Below, one piece after another: positions 31,141-40,070 of a stretch of 64,000 bases of DNA. This DNA comes from Obrimoposthia wandeli (lineage: Eukaryota), in assembly GCA_977020255.1 (NCBI GenBank), contig CDROCS010001028.1, positions 62,001-126,000 on the forward strand, written 5' to 3'. Position 1 is the first letter of the stretch, and each line of letters opens with the position of its first letter. The notes beneath the pieces were generated by a model. The model searched no databases, was not told where the DNA came from, and was given only the letters and a program-made list of their open reading frames with translations. A program made the position numbers and the translations under genes.

Positions 31141-31416
31141 ATGAAAAATATCGCTAACTTTGTCGAGCAACTTGAAAGAAGTAAAGTTCTTTTCAATATG
31201 TGGATTTACGCTGGTAATAACAGCTATTCTTCTTTAGAAAGTCAAGGGAATAATAACGCAATACTGATATTACAAAATGCGATTGAACATCACCTACAAG
31301 TTGTTGTAGAAATGAATGAAAGTGCTTATTTACTGCTATCTGAAGTACATATGGCTGTACCTATCAACTTTCAAGACTATCAAGTAACTGCTCTGACTGA
31401 ATCAAAAGCAGCTTAA
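31141..31416 (+). CDS. Hypothetical protein (91 aa)
   Basis: AAGGA RBS, clean ORF, downstream terminator hairpin (AACAGGCTCT...AGAGCCTGTT). Confidence 0.7.
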   Translation: MKNIANFVEQLERSKVLFNMWIYAGNNSYSSLESQGNNNAILILQNAIEHHLQVVVEMNESAYLLLSEVHMAVPINFQDYQVTALTESKAA

Positions 31417-31820
31417 TATGATGGCAATTCGATGTTTTGATATCAGGAAAAAAACGATCAAGAAATAATCTGGCTAGGTGATTTCGACATTAACCTGATT
31501 GAAAAGCACGCTAACAGGCTCTTTTTAGAGCCTGTTTTTTCATACACTTTCGAATGACTACCTGTTATTAAAATATACTTTATTTCATAATACTTATAAG
31601 TTTTTATGATAATAAACTTTATTTCATTTAGTCATCGAATATTCATGATTCTATTATAATGTTGAATATAAGTGGAATATTCCCCCCTTTCACGAGAGGA
31701 ACTTAATATAAACGGTTAACGCGAGCAAACAAATTAACCAAACGTCACCTTTCGATGACGTAAAATTATCAGGATGATGCAAGTAAATTTACAACAAAAA
31801 ATAATTTATTTGTTAGGCAA

Positions 31821-32147
31821 TTAACCTTCAGTGCTCGACTGCTTTAATGTATACATAACATTCCTCATTCCATTTTTACATGCCGCATTACCTGCATCCC
31901 AACCATCATTAAATCGAGTTAACCCACCATCAAATGTTTCATCCTTTTGATACTCAGTATCTTCTACATTCTTTTCTTTCAACGCACTCTCACAGCCTTG
32001 GTTATAGCCATAATGATAAATACTGTCATATTTAACGTTAGTAACATATTCCTCAGGAAAGAATTTATAATTATCATAATCAGCACTTGTGCACCCGATA
32101 GCTGATAATGACAATACAGCGATAAAAATAAGCCTTGCTTTCATCAT
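31821..32147 (-). CDS. Hypothetical lipoprotein
   Basis: Lipobox SAIG-C; Y..GY..GC and F..GW..G...C motifs. Confidence 0.7.
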   Translation of the reverse strand: MMKARLIFIAVLSLSAIGCTSADYDNYKFFPEEYVTNVKYDSIYHYGYNQGCESALKEKNVEDTEYQKDETFDGGLTRFNDGWDAGNAACKNGMRNVMYTLKQSSTEG

Positions 32148-32312
32148 AGTTTTTATTCCTTGAGTCGCTTTCTATCTAGTTGTTTAACCACAACTTCGTA
32201 ACTTTTTCTTGTCTCTTAATGTTAGTCTAGACAAGACTCAATGGCTTGTTTAAATTCTTCATCACAATAATGGTATATTTCTAACGAAATAATAAGAAAG
32301 GTATACTGATTT

Positions 32313-32942
32313 ATGCTGCAAGTAGAACAACAATTAAAAGACATCGTAGTAAGTATAATGGCAGCGGATCCTGCGCATGACATCAATCACATAGAACGGG
32401 TTGTTGCCTCAGCAAAGGCGTTTGCGATTCATGAAGGGGCATCATTAGACATTGTTATTCCTGCCGCTTGGCTGCATGATTGTGTCTCTTTACCAAAGAA
32501 CCACCCTGATAGACATTTAGGCTCTCAATTCGCCGCAAAACAAGCTATTACCTACCTAAAGTCAATCAACTACCCTGAGCGTTTTTACGCTGATATCGAG
32601 CATGCTATAGAGGCGCATAGCTATAGTGCTAACATCGACATTAAAAGTATTGAGGCCGCAGTCGTACAAGATGCTGACAGAATTGATGCTTTAGGGGCTA
32701 TTGGTATTGCGCGATGCATACAGGTAGGCACTACATTTGGCGCAAGCTTATATTCAAATGATGACCCATTTTGTGACCACCGCCAGTATGATGATAAACA
32801 CTTTTCTGTCGACCATTTTTATAACAAGCTTTTTAAGCTAAAAGACACAATGAATACGAAAGCTGCCCAAAAAGAAGCGCAGATAAGAACAGAATATATG
32901 AAGGGTTTTCTTGCTCAGTTACAAAACGAAATCGATGTTTAG
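32313..32942 (+). CDS. HD-domain phosphohydrolase (YedJ-like)
   Basis: AHDINHIERV, WLHD and VQDADRIDALGAIG motifs. Confidence 0.85.
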   Translation: MLQVEQQLKDIVVSIMAADPAHDINHIERVVASAKAFAIHEGASLDIVIPAAWLHDCVSLPKNHPDRHLGSQFAAKQAITYLKSINYPERFYADIEHAIEAHSYSANIDIKSIEAAVVQDADRIDALGAIGIARCIQVGTTFGASLYSNDDPFCDHRQYDDKHFSVDHFYNKLFKLKDTMNTKAAQKEAQIRTEYMKGFLAQLQNEIDV

Positions 32943-32975
32943 TAACAACAACTCAGGACGAGACACAATTGCCAT

Positions 32976-33004
32976 AAAAAAGCACCGTCAATACGGTGCT
33001 TTTA
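32976..33004. terminator. Bidirectional terminator between the HD gene and efpL
   Basis: AAAAAAGCACCGT-CAAT-ACGGTGCTTTT. Confidence 0.75.
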
Positions 33005-33060
33005 AATCAACAAGTAAAATGCTGAATCGCCACTCTACTTTCAAATTCGTTTAGATTTGA

Positions 33061-33642
33061 TTACTTTGAATCAGCACGGCTCATGAACTTCTGTTCTGCG
33101 GTGTTGATCTTAATCTTTTCGCCAGATGCGATGTATTCAGGCACTTGTACAGACAAACCTGTAGACATAATTGCAGGCTTAGTACGAGCACTAGCAGACG
33201 CGCCTTTAATTGATGGATCTGTCTCGGTAATAACCATATCAACCGTTGCTGGTAACTCGATGGCTACTGGCAAATCATCAACAGTCAGAACTTGCAGACC
33301 TTGTGTATCTTCAGTAATGAAAAGCAACTCTTCTACAATGCTTTCTTTATTGAAGTTATACGGTGTGTAATCTTCGCTATCCATGAAGACATACTCATCA
33401 CCATCGATGTATGAAAACATAACAGAATGACGGCGGAAATCAGCCTGAGTAATCATTTCATCAGCTTTGAAGCTTTCATCTGTTTTCGAACCAGTCGCCA
33501 CATCGTATAAACGCATACGATAAAGACTTGCACCAGCACGACCACTCGGTGTTAGCTTCTTAATATCTTTAACTAAAAACACTTTTCCGTTATGTTCGAT
33601 AGCTGCAAACTTCTTTATTTCACTAGCCTTTGGCATGATCAA
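33061..33642 (-). CDS. efpL: Elongation factor P-like protein (EfpL/YeiP)
   Basis: [10 protein letters not shown]-terminus, PSGRAGA loop (Arg at the tip), [12 protein letters not shown]. Confidence 0.9.
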   Translation of the reverse strand: MIMPKASEIKKFAAIEHNGKVFLVKDIKKLTPSGRAGASLYRMRLYDVATGSKTDESFKADEMITQADFRRHSVMFSYIDGDEYVFMDSEDYTPYNFNKESIVEELLFITEDTQGLQVLTVDDLPVAIELPATVDMVITETDPSIKGASASARTKPAIMSTGLSVQVPEYIASGEKIKINTAEQKFMSRADSK

Positions 33643-33905
33643 TATTCCAAAAAATAAATCGTATTGTGGAAAATAGCATGAACTGGATTTTAGGCAAGTA
33701 CTGAAAGTAATAAGCGCTGATTAATTCACCATCTTTACGCATAACAATTAGAAACATGGCGACAGAACGTTCGCTCACTTACAACGTCCATTTTTCTAAC
33801 AATTTTATCACTGAGAATGATAAGAAATTATCATAAAAATCATCGATGCCGTAACGCATTCAGCTGATTTTGATCCTGATGTACTTCATACTGGTGTAAT
33901 GCGAT

Positions 33906-34184
33906 TCATTTTTTCCCAATGCTACGCCATAACTCAATAAGAAAATGAACAACTGCAGTAATAGGGTTTGATGCGTGATATTCCTCAATAACATAGACAA
34001 AGTTCGACTTGAATTTTTCTACGGCTTCTTCCTCAGTTTCTGCATAAATATAGTCATCTTCCACCTCAAAACCCTGCGTCAGTAACTGTTCTTTTTCTTG
34101 TAAAAATGTCTCTGAGGTTGGATTCAAAAAAGTAAACTCTTTTCGATCTGAGTCAGGCTTGCAGAAAAATTGAAACTTACTCAT
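33906..34184 (-). CDS. Hypothetical protein (92 aa)
   Basis: Clean ORF with an upstream purine-rich RBS; no family recognised. Confidence 0.6.
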   Translation of the reverse strand: MSKFQFFCKPDSDRKEFTFLNPTSETFLQEKEQLLTQGFEVEDDYIYAETEEEAVEKFKSNFVYVIEEYHASNPITAVVHFLIELWRSIGKK

Positions 34185-34318
34185 CTTACTTACACCTTTA
34201 TCATTAATATCATAACTTTAATGCTGTATGTTCATACAAAAACATACTGAAAACAAATGATAATACGAAGATTAAGGTAGAGTTCAAATATTTTCAATGC
34301 AATGAATGTTCAACAATT

Positions 34319-34900
34319 TTACTTTAGCAAACCATCGCTAACGCCTTGCTGTAATTTTACTTCAAGGGTATCCCAAAGTTGTTGGCTTCCTTCTGAAATT
34401 CGACGTCCATTTAATGCAAATACTTTCTCTTTGGAAATATTGTGCTTTTTCCAACTATGCCCATTACCCTGAAGGTTATGCAGTAGAGGTGGAACACGAT
34501 CAATGGCTTTTGCATATTTAGATTCAGTCGTTTCACTAGCCTCAAACTCATGCCATAACGACAGGTATTCGTCACCTAGCCCATCAGGTAACAAGTCAAA
34601 AATTCGCTTTAATCCGGCTTCTTCATTTTGCTTATTTTCAGCTGTTTCACTGGCGTATATTATCGTATCGCCAGCATCAATCTCACCTAAATCATGGATA
34701 AGCAGCATCTTGATTACGCGGTTAATATCAACGGGGTCATTAGCATAATCTTTGAGCATTAAAGCAGAAAGGCACACATGCCAGCTATGCTCAGCAGAAT
34801 TTTCATAACGTTGTAGGCCGACTGGGCGAGTATTGCGGATAACTGACTTTAACTTTTCGATCTCGACGATAAAATCGAGAATTTGTGTGATTTCTTTCAT
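34319..34900 (-). CDS. HD-domain protein (HD_3/YfbR-like)
   Basis: ENSAEHSWH, LLIHDLGEIDAGD and AKAIDR motifs. Confidence 0.85.
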   Translation of the reverse strand: MKEITQILDFIVEIEKLKSVIRNTRPVGLQRYENSAEHSWHVCLSALMLKDYANDPVDINRVIKMLLIHDLGEIDAGDTIIYASETAENKQNEEAGLKRIFDLLPDGLGDEYLSLWHEFEASETTESKYAKAIDRVPPLLHNLQGNGHSWKKHNISKEKVFALNGRRISEGSQQLWDTLEVKLQQGVSDGLLK

Positions 34901-34965
34901 TAGGCACCATCCTTGGTTTCAAATTCATGCACTAAATATGCAAATTTTACGCACTATATATAGTA

Positions 34966-35433
34966 TTAGATTCTACTAGACATCGTATGGTCATCATTCA
35001 TTTGAAGCAGATCCCAGCGATTACCGTATAAATCTTCAAATACGGCAACGGTTCCGTAATCTTGCTTTTGGGGAGCCCTCACAAATGTAATACCGTCAGA
35101 TACCATCCGGTTATAATCTCGCCAAAAGTCGTCGGTATTTAAGAATAGAAAAACACGCCCACCCGCTTGATTACCAATGAAGTCATGTTGTTCTGGTTTT
35201 GATGCACGTGCTAATAGTAACGCCACCCCGTTAGAACCAGGGGGCGAAACAACAACCCAACGTTTATCCTGCTCTGGCTGGTAGGTATCTTCTATCAGCT
35301 CAAACTGTAATTTATTGACATAAAAATCGATCGCTTCATCGTATTCCTTTACCACTAGTGCAATATGAATAATTGATTGTTTCATTTGGACATCAACCTT
35401 AATCTTTTTATTATCAGTACTATACTTATCCAA
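34966..35433 (-). CDS. VOC/glyoxalase-family protein (likely start MKQSII)
   Basis: HIALVVKEYDEAIDFY...YGTVAVFEDLYGNRWDL. Confidence 0.85.
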   Translation of the reverse strand: MDKYSTDNKKIKVDVQMKQSIIHIALVVKEYDEAIDFYVNKLQFELIEDTYQPEQDKRWVVVSPPGSNGVALLLARASKPEQHDFIGNQAGGRVFLFLNTDDFWRDYNRMVSDGITFVRAPQKQDYGTVAVFEDLYGNRWDLLQMNDDHTMSSRI

Positions 35434-35456
35434 TAACGTTAAGTCGCCACATAGAT

Positions 35457-36827
35457 ATGGATATCATGGAAAATACTTTCGTCTTACATCACTTAAAAAA
35501 ATTGTCTTTGGCGTTGTTGGCACTCAGTACCACTGCTATACAGCCAACCTACGCAAGCGAGTACATTACAGAAAAAGTCCATCATCACAACCAAAAGCAG
35601 AGCTCTTGGGTGGTATTACCGTATATATTCAGTTCTGACAGTATGGGGCTGACAACCGGAGCTGTAGGAATATTTGACGGGTATTTTCAGCCGCAAATGA
35701 CAATGGTGGCAACGGTATTTGTTGGTGAAGAGCTTGATGTGATTAGTGAAGCTGACGGTAATAATAAAGAAGAACGTACAGCTGGCGCTATGTTTGCTGT
35801 AAGTAGCTACAAACCACCACTTACAGAACGCGTATTCATCACTATGCTCGGTGCTTATGCGTATTACCCTAATCAACGCCTATACCTCGATGGCAGCAAT
35901 GATTCCATTCGCGATCTTGAATCAAACGATCCTAAAAGTACCTCTCCTTTGCAAACGCAAGGTTATAGCAATTGGTTTGAAGCCGATTTTCGTTATGTGC
36001 TTCCTTGGGGAGAAAGTACTGATAATGCCCTACCCATTATTCAACTAGATCGCGGTATCGCCGTAAATAGAGATAATATCGGTGGCGGAACTCCCTTTTC
36101 AACAGGGCAAACGATTTTAGGGACTGAGCTATTTTACTCTAAATGGACAGCAGATAAATTTGCTGAAGAGCCGGTAATAAATACGAATGGCGTTAGGTTC
36201 TATCTTGAGCATGATAATACCGATTACCCCGCAAACCCAGCCAGAGGATACCGTTTTAATGGTCAGTTTTCTGCCGATTTAGGTATTGGAAATTCAACGC
36301 AAAGTTGGAATGCCATTGAACTTGACTATGCGCATTATATAGAACTTAATGACTTTTCATGGACGAGACAAAATGTAATCGCATTCAATGTATGGAGTGC
36401 TTACTCTCCCTCATGGGATCAATCTGAAAGTCTACAGGAAGGCGGTGGTGTATTAGATAAACATCAAACACCCATGTGGGAAGGTGCCCGTTTAGGGGGC
36501 TGGAATAGAATGCGAGCTTACGATAGTAACCGTTTTAATGACAAAGCAGCGCTATATGGCACTGTCGAATACCGTGTCATTCCAGATTTTAACCCTTTAC
36601 GCGATAACACATGGAGTCCATTTCCTATCGATTGGTTTCAAGCGGTCTTTTATATTGAAGTGGGACGTGTAGCAGAACAGTATGAACTCGATTCGTTACT
36701 CACTGACATGAAATACGATGTTGGCTTCAGTCTACGAGCATTAGCCGCTAACGTTCCTGTCCGTTTTGAAATGGCTTTTGGTGAAGAAGGGTCGGCAATG
36801 TGGGTTATGCTTAATCAGCCATTTTAA
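35457..36827 (+). CDS. BamA/TamA-family (Omp85-like) outer-membrane beta-barrel protein without POTRA domains
   Basis: Signal peptide, VLPYIFSSDS.G start, RMRAY..NRF.DKA loop motif, terminal F (NQPF). Confidence 0.7.
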   Translation: MDIMENTFVLHHLKKLSLALLALSTTAIQPTYASEYITEKVHHHNQKQSSWVVLPYIFSSDSMGLTTGAVGIFDGYFQPQMTMVATVFVGEELDVISEADGNNKEERTAGAMFAVSSYKPPLTERVFITMLGAYAYYPNQRLYLDGSNDSIRDLESNDPKSTSPLQTQGYSNWFEADFRYVLPWGESTDNALPIIQLDRGIAVNRDNIGGGTPFSTGQTILGTELFYSKWTADKFAEEPVINTNGVRFYLEHDNTDYPANPARGYRFNGQFSADLGIGNSTQSWNAIELDYAHYIELNDFSWTRQNVIAFNVWSAYSPSWDQSESLQEGGGVLDKHQTPMWEGARLGGWNRMRAYDSNRFNDKAALYGTVEYRVIPDFNPLRDNTWSPFPIDWFQAVFYIEVGRVAEQYELDSLLTDMKYDVGFSLRALAANVPVRFEMAFGEEGSAMWVMLNQPF

Positions 36828-36925
36828 AGTGTTCTTTGGTGTTTACTATAAACTCACCAAAGAACCCCTTATTGCGTTATTAGATTGATGCTAACAACCA
36901 GCCTTATATGGACTTAACATTGTAT

Positions 36926-37651
36926 CTAAAGCATTTTACCCTGCACCGGTATTAATGCTCCTGTCAGGTTTGTTTTCGCTGGTTGAGTCAATTCAATCAT
37001 TAAGCTGGCGAACTGAGATGGGTTTACCCACTCATTATGATCGATATCAGGCATCCCTTTACGGTTTACTTCGGTGTCAATGATTGTAGGTAGTACAGCA
37101 TTTATCTTTATGCCATATTGAACACCTTCAGCTGCCTGACTTTCAACTAATCCATTAAGAGCACGTTTAGATGCCATATAAGGACCAAAACCATAAGGTA
37201 CATTACGAATTGTATCTCGGGCTGAGACATACATAATAGATCCCGCTTCTTTTTGCTTCATAGCAGAGAATATTTCACGCCCTAACATCCAAGCAGTTGT
37301 GAAGTTTACACTGAACAATCGCTCAATATCTTTTGGTTCTGCATCTTCCCATGTGCTCCATAAAAAAACACCCGCACAATGATAATGAGCATCAATAGAG
37401 CCTTCCAAAATATCAAGTGACTTAGCTACGAATGCACGACACGTTTCCTCATCAGTTAAGTCACCAAGAAGTACAGTGAGCTTACCGTTATATTTATTTT
37501 CTAAATCCTTCGCTCGCTGTTCATCCCCTACTCGCCCATAACCTACCACCTGAGTACCAGACTCAATTAATTGTGAAATGATCTCTTGTGCCGTTACAGA
37601 AAAGCATGCCGCCACAGTTGCGGTTTTAATTTGGCTTGAATACATAGTCAT
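36926..37651 (-). CDS. SDR-family oxidoreductase
   Basis: YxxxK (YMASK), INAVLPTIIDT; atypical nucleotide-binding loop. Confidence 0.8.
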   Translation of the reverse strand: MTMYSSQIKTATVAACFSVTAQEIISQLIESGTQVVGYGRVGDEQRAKDLENKYNGKLTVLLGDLTDEETCRAFVAKSLDILEGSIDAHYHCAGVFLWSTWEDAEPKDIERLFSVNFTTAWMLGREIFSAMKQKEAGSIMYVSARDTIRNVPYGFGPYMASKRALNGLVESQAAEGVQYGIKINAVLPTIIDTEVNRKGMPDIDHNEWVNPSQFASLMIELTQPAKTNLTGALIPVQGKML

Positions 37652-37895
37652 CTCTCTTTCATTGTTATTATTTGCTAGACGACATAATAATTATTGCCAT
37701 TAACGCTGCCTATATACTTCTGAGCAAATGGCTTTTGTCTTTTAAGCAAAGGTGGGGGTTGACCAATACATTTTTGACATGACTTAAGCCATATGATGTT
37801 CAAAACAGAATGTAATCCCCCGTGTAAGGCTAAGTAACGATTATTCATAATAAACTTATCAAAATCTAACGCTGCAAGTAATAAACGGTATGCAC

Positions 37896-37952
37896 GTTAC
37901 ACAACGGTTACATTAACACCAATATACGTTACCTTTCGTTACGCTTCTTTAC
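37896..37952. promoter_or_regulatory. Helically phased GTTAC direct-repeat array (putative OmpR/ArcA-type operator)
   Basis: GTTAC at 37896, 37907, 37928 and 37938, TTTAC at 37948; spacings 11, 21, 10, 10. Confidence 0.5.
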
Positions 37953-38231
37953 GTCCAATGTGACGTTCAACTCGTAAATAAAAATAAAACCCCCGTAATA
38001 TAGATTCCATTGAAAACGAAAAACAAAGCGAAATAACAATAAAAACAATTACTAAAAGAAACTTAATACAAGCCACAAAAACTAAATATTAATAAATAGA
38101 ATTTATTAATATAAGGAACAGTCTAATTTATATCTATTATTGTTCACACTTTGATGAACAATAAATTAATTTATCTTTAAACAAAAAACAATTAAGCATC
38201 TAGTTTTCTAGATATACTTTCTACGTTCATA

Positions 38232-39635
38232 ATGGATGGAGTTCAAATGGACATATTCAGTACAATGCAAAAAATGGGTCGCAGCCTCATGCTGCCAGTA
38301 GCATGTATGCCAGCAGCAGGTATTTTACTTGGAATCGGCGGTAACTCGGAAGTCGCAAAATTCTTACCTGATATTGTCGCACAAATAATGACAGAAGCAG
38401 GTCTAGGTGTATTCGCGAATATGGCATTGCTATTTGCCATTGGTGTTGCACTTGGATTTACTAAAAATGATGGTGTTGCAGCACTTGCAGCAACATTAGG
38501 TTATTTAACCATGACACGTGTATTGGGTGTTGTCGCCGAAGGTACGGATACGGGTGTATTTGGTGGCGTTATTATGGGGTTAGTGGCAGCTCAACTCTTT
38601 AATAAATACCATGACATTAAACTACCTACTTATCTTGGTTTCTTTGGTGGTAAGCGCTTTGTTCCCATTGTGACGTCTTTAGCAGCATGTGTTGTTGCAG
38701 GAGCTTTAGCATTAATATGGCAACCAATTGGTGCAGCTATCGCAACGTTCTCTGAATGGGCTGCTTACCAATCACCAGAAGTCGCATTTGGTATCTACGG
38801 TATCGTTGAACGTTCTTTAATTCCTTTCGGTTTACACCATATTTGGAACGCTCCTTTCTTCTACGAAGTTGGTGAATTTACAACAGCTGCTGGTGAAGTG
38901 GTTAAAGGTGAGATTCCTCGTTACCTTGCGGGTGACCCTACTGCTGGTAATCTAGCCGGTGGTTACATGTTTAAGATGTTTGGCTTACCAGCTGCTTGTC
39001 TTGCAATGTATGTAACAGCTAAAAAAGAAAATAAGTTAATGGTAGCGTCAATCCTTGGCTCTGCGGCACTAACATCATTCTTAACGGGTATTACTGAACC
39101 AATTGAATTCGCCTTCTTGTTTGTTGCACCTGTTCTTTATGTTGCACACGCACTGTTAGCTGGTTCTGCATTTGTTGTAATGATTCTGCTTGGCATTAAG
39201 CACGGTACAACATTCAGCCATGGTTTATTCGACTTCACACTGCTTTTCGGTCAATCAACCAATGGTTGGTTACTACCTGTTATCGGTATTGTTTACGCGG
39301 TCATTTACTTCTTAGTTTTCGTTACTTTGATTAAAGCGTTAGATTTAAAAACACCTGGACGTGAAGATAAAGAAGAAATGAGTGTTGCGGTTAATACATC
39401 TAAAGATGGTTTAGCGCAAGACATCGCAATGGCATTTGGCGGTAAAGATAACATCAAAGATTTAGAAGCTTGTATTACACGCTTACGTGTAACGGTATTC
39501 GATAGTTCAAAAGTCGATATTCCACGCTTAAAAGCACTCGGTGCGGCTGGTGTATTCGAAAAAGGTGATAACTACCAAGCGGTATTTGGCACACACTCTG
39601 AGATCATTAAAGGTCAAATAGAAGTGCTAGCATAA
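38232..39635 (+). CDS. PTS glucose/GlcNAc-family EIICB component (PtsG-like)
   Basis: [35 protein letters not shown] linker, [12 protein letters not shown] with the phospho-Cys. Confidence 0.9.
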   Translation: MDGVQMDIFSTMQKMGRSLMLPVACMPAAGILLGIGGNSEVAKFLPDIVAQIMTEAGLGVFANMALLFAIGVALGFTKNDGVAALAATLGYLTMTRVLGVVAEGTDTGVFGGVIMGLVAAQLFNKYHDIKLPTYLGFFGGKRFVPIVTSLAACVVAGALALIWQPIGAAIATFSEWAAYQSPEVAFGIYGIVERSLIPFGLHHIWNAPFFYEVGEFTTAAGEVVKGEIPRYLAGDPTAGNLAGGYMFKMFGLPAACLAMYVTAKKENKLMVASILGSAALTSFLTGITEPIEFAFLFVAPVLYVAHALLAGSAFVVMILLGIKHGTTFSHGLFDFTLLFGQSTNGWLLPVIGIVYAVIYFLVFVTLIKALDLKTPGREDKEEMSVAVNTSKDGLAQDIAMAFGGKDNIKDLEACITRLRVTVFDSSKVDIPRLKALGAAGVFEKGDNYQAVFGTHSEIIKGQIEVLA

Positions 39636-39656
39636 TAAAAGTCTGAGTGGACTTTA

Positions 39657-39681
39657 GCCCGGACTTCGGTTCGGGTTTTTT
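39657..39681 (+). terminator. PTS gene terminator
   Basis: GCCCGGAC-TTCG-GTTCGGGT followed by a T run. Confidence 0.8.
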
Positions 39682-39980
39682 CTTGTTAAAAAACCTGCCA
39701 TTAATAACCAATAACGCGCCAAACCTATCAGCTTAAATACTATTTCATATATTTCAAAATGCATTGAATATTCATTCCCCTCTTATGAATCATACCAAAT
39801 CCATTACTTATCTGACCCCTCTATGACTATTGTTGCCTACATTGAATATTTCTACGACGTTAACAATACGCACGCATTACACTTAGTAAGTGTATAGCTA
39901 TTGATAACCTATTCCTTATTTTAGGTGCTGATTGAAAAATCGGTTTAATAATTGCGGAAGAAGGTAGGTATACGGTGTAC

Positions 39981-40019
39981 AAAAAAGGGTGGCTGAGAAT
40001 TCACTCAACCACCCTTTTT
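39981..40019 (-). terminator. Terminator of the U32 gene (bidirectional-looking)
   Basis: AAAAAAGGGTGG(C)TGAG-AATTCA-CTCAACCACCCTTTTT. Confidence 0.75.
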
Positions 40020-40070
40020 ACTGTGCCGAACTTGTCTGTATCGTGACTTTACAGTCAGAATACGATGGCG

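Noticed and set aside
38010-38040. GCGAAATAA as an Mlc/NagC operator upstream of the PTS gene
   Set aside because: Only one half-site; the left arm is not palindromic.
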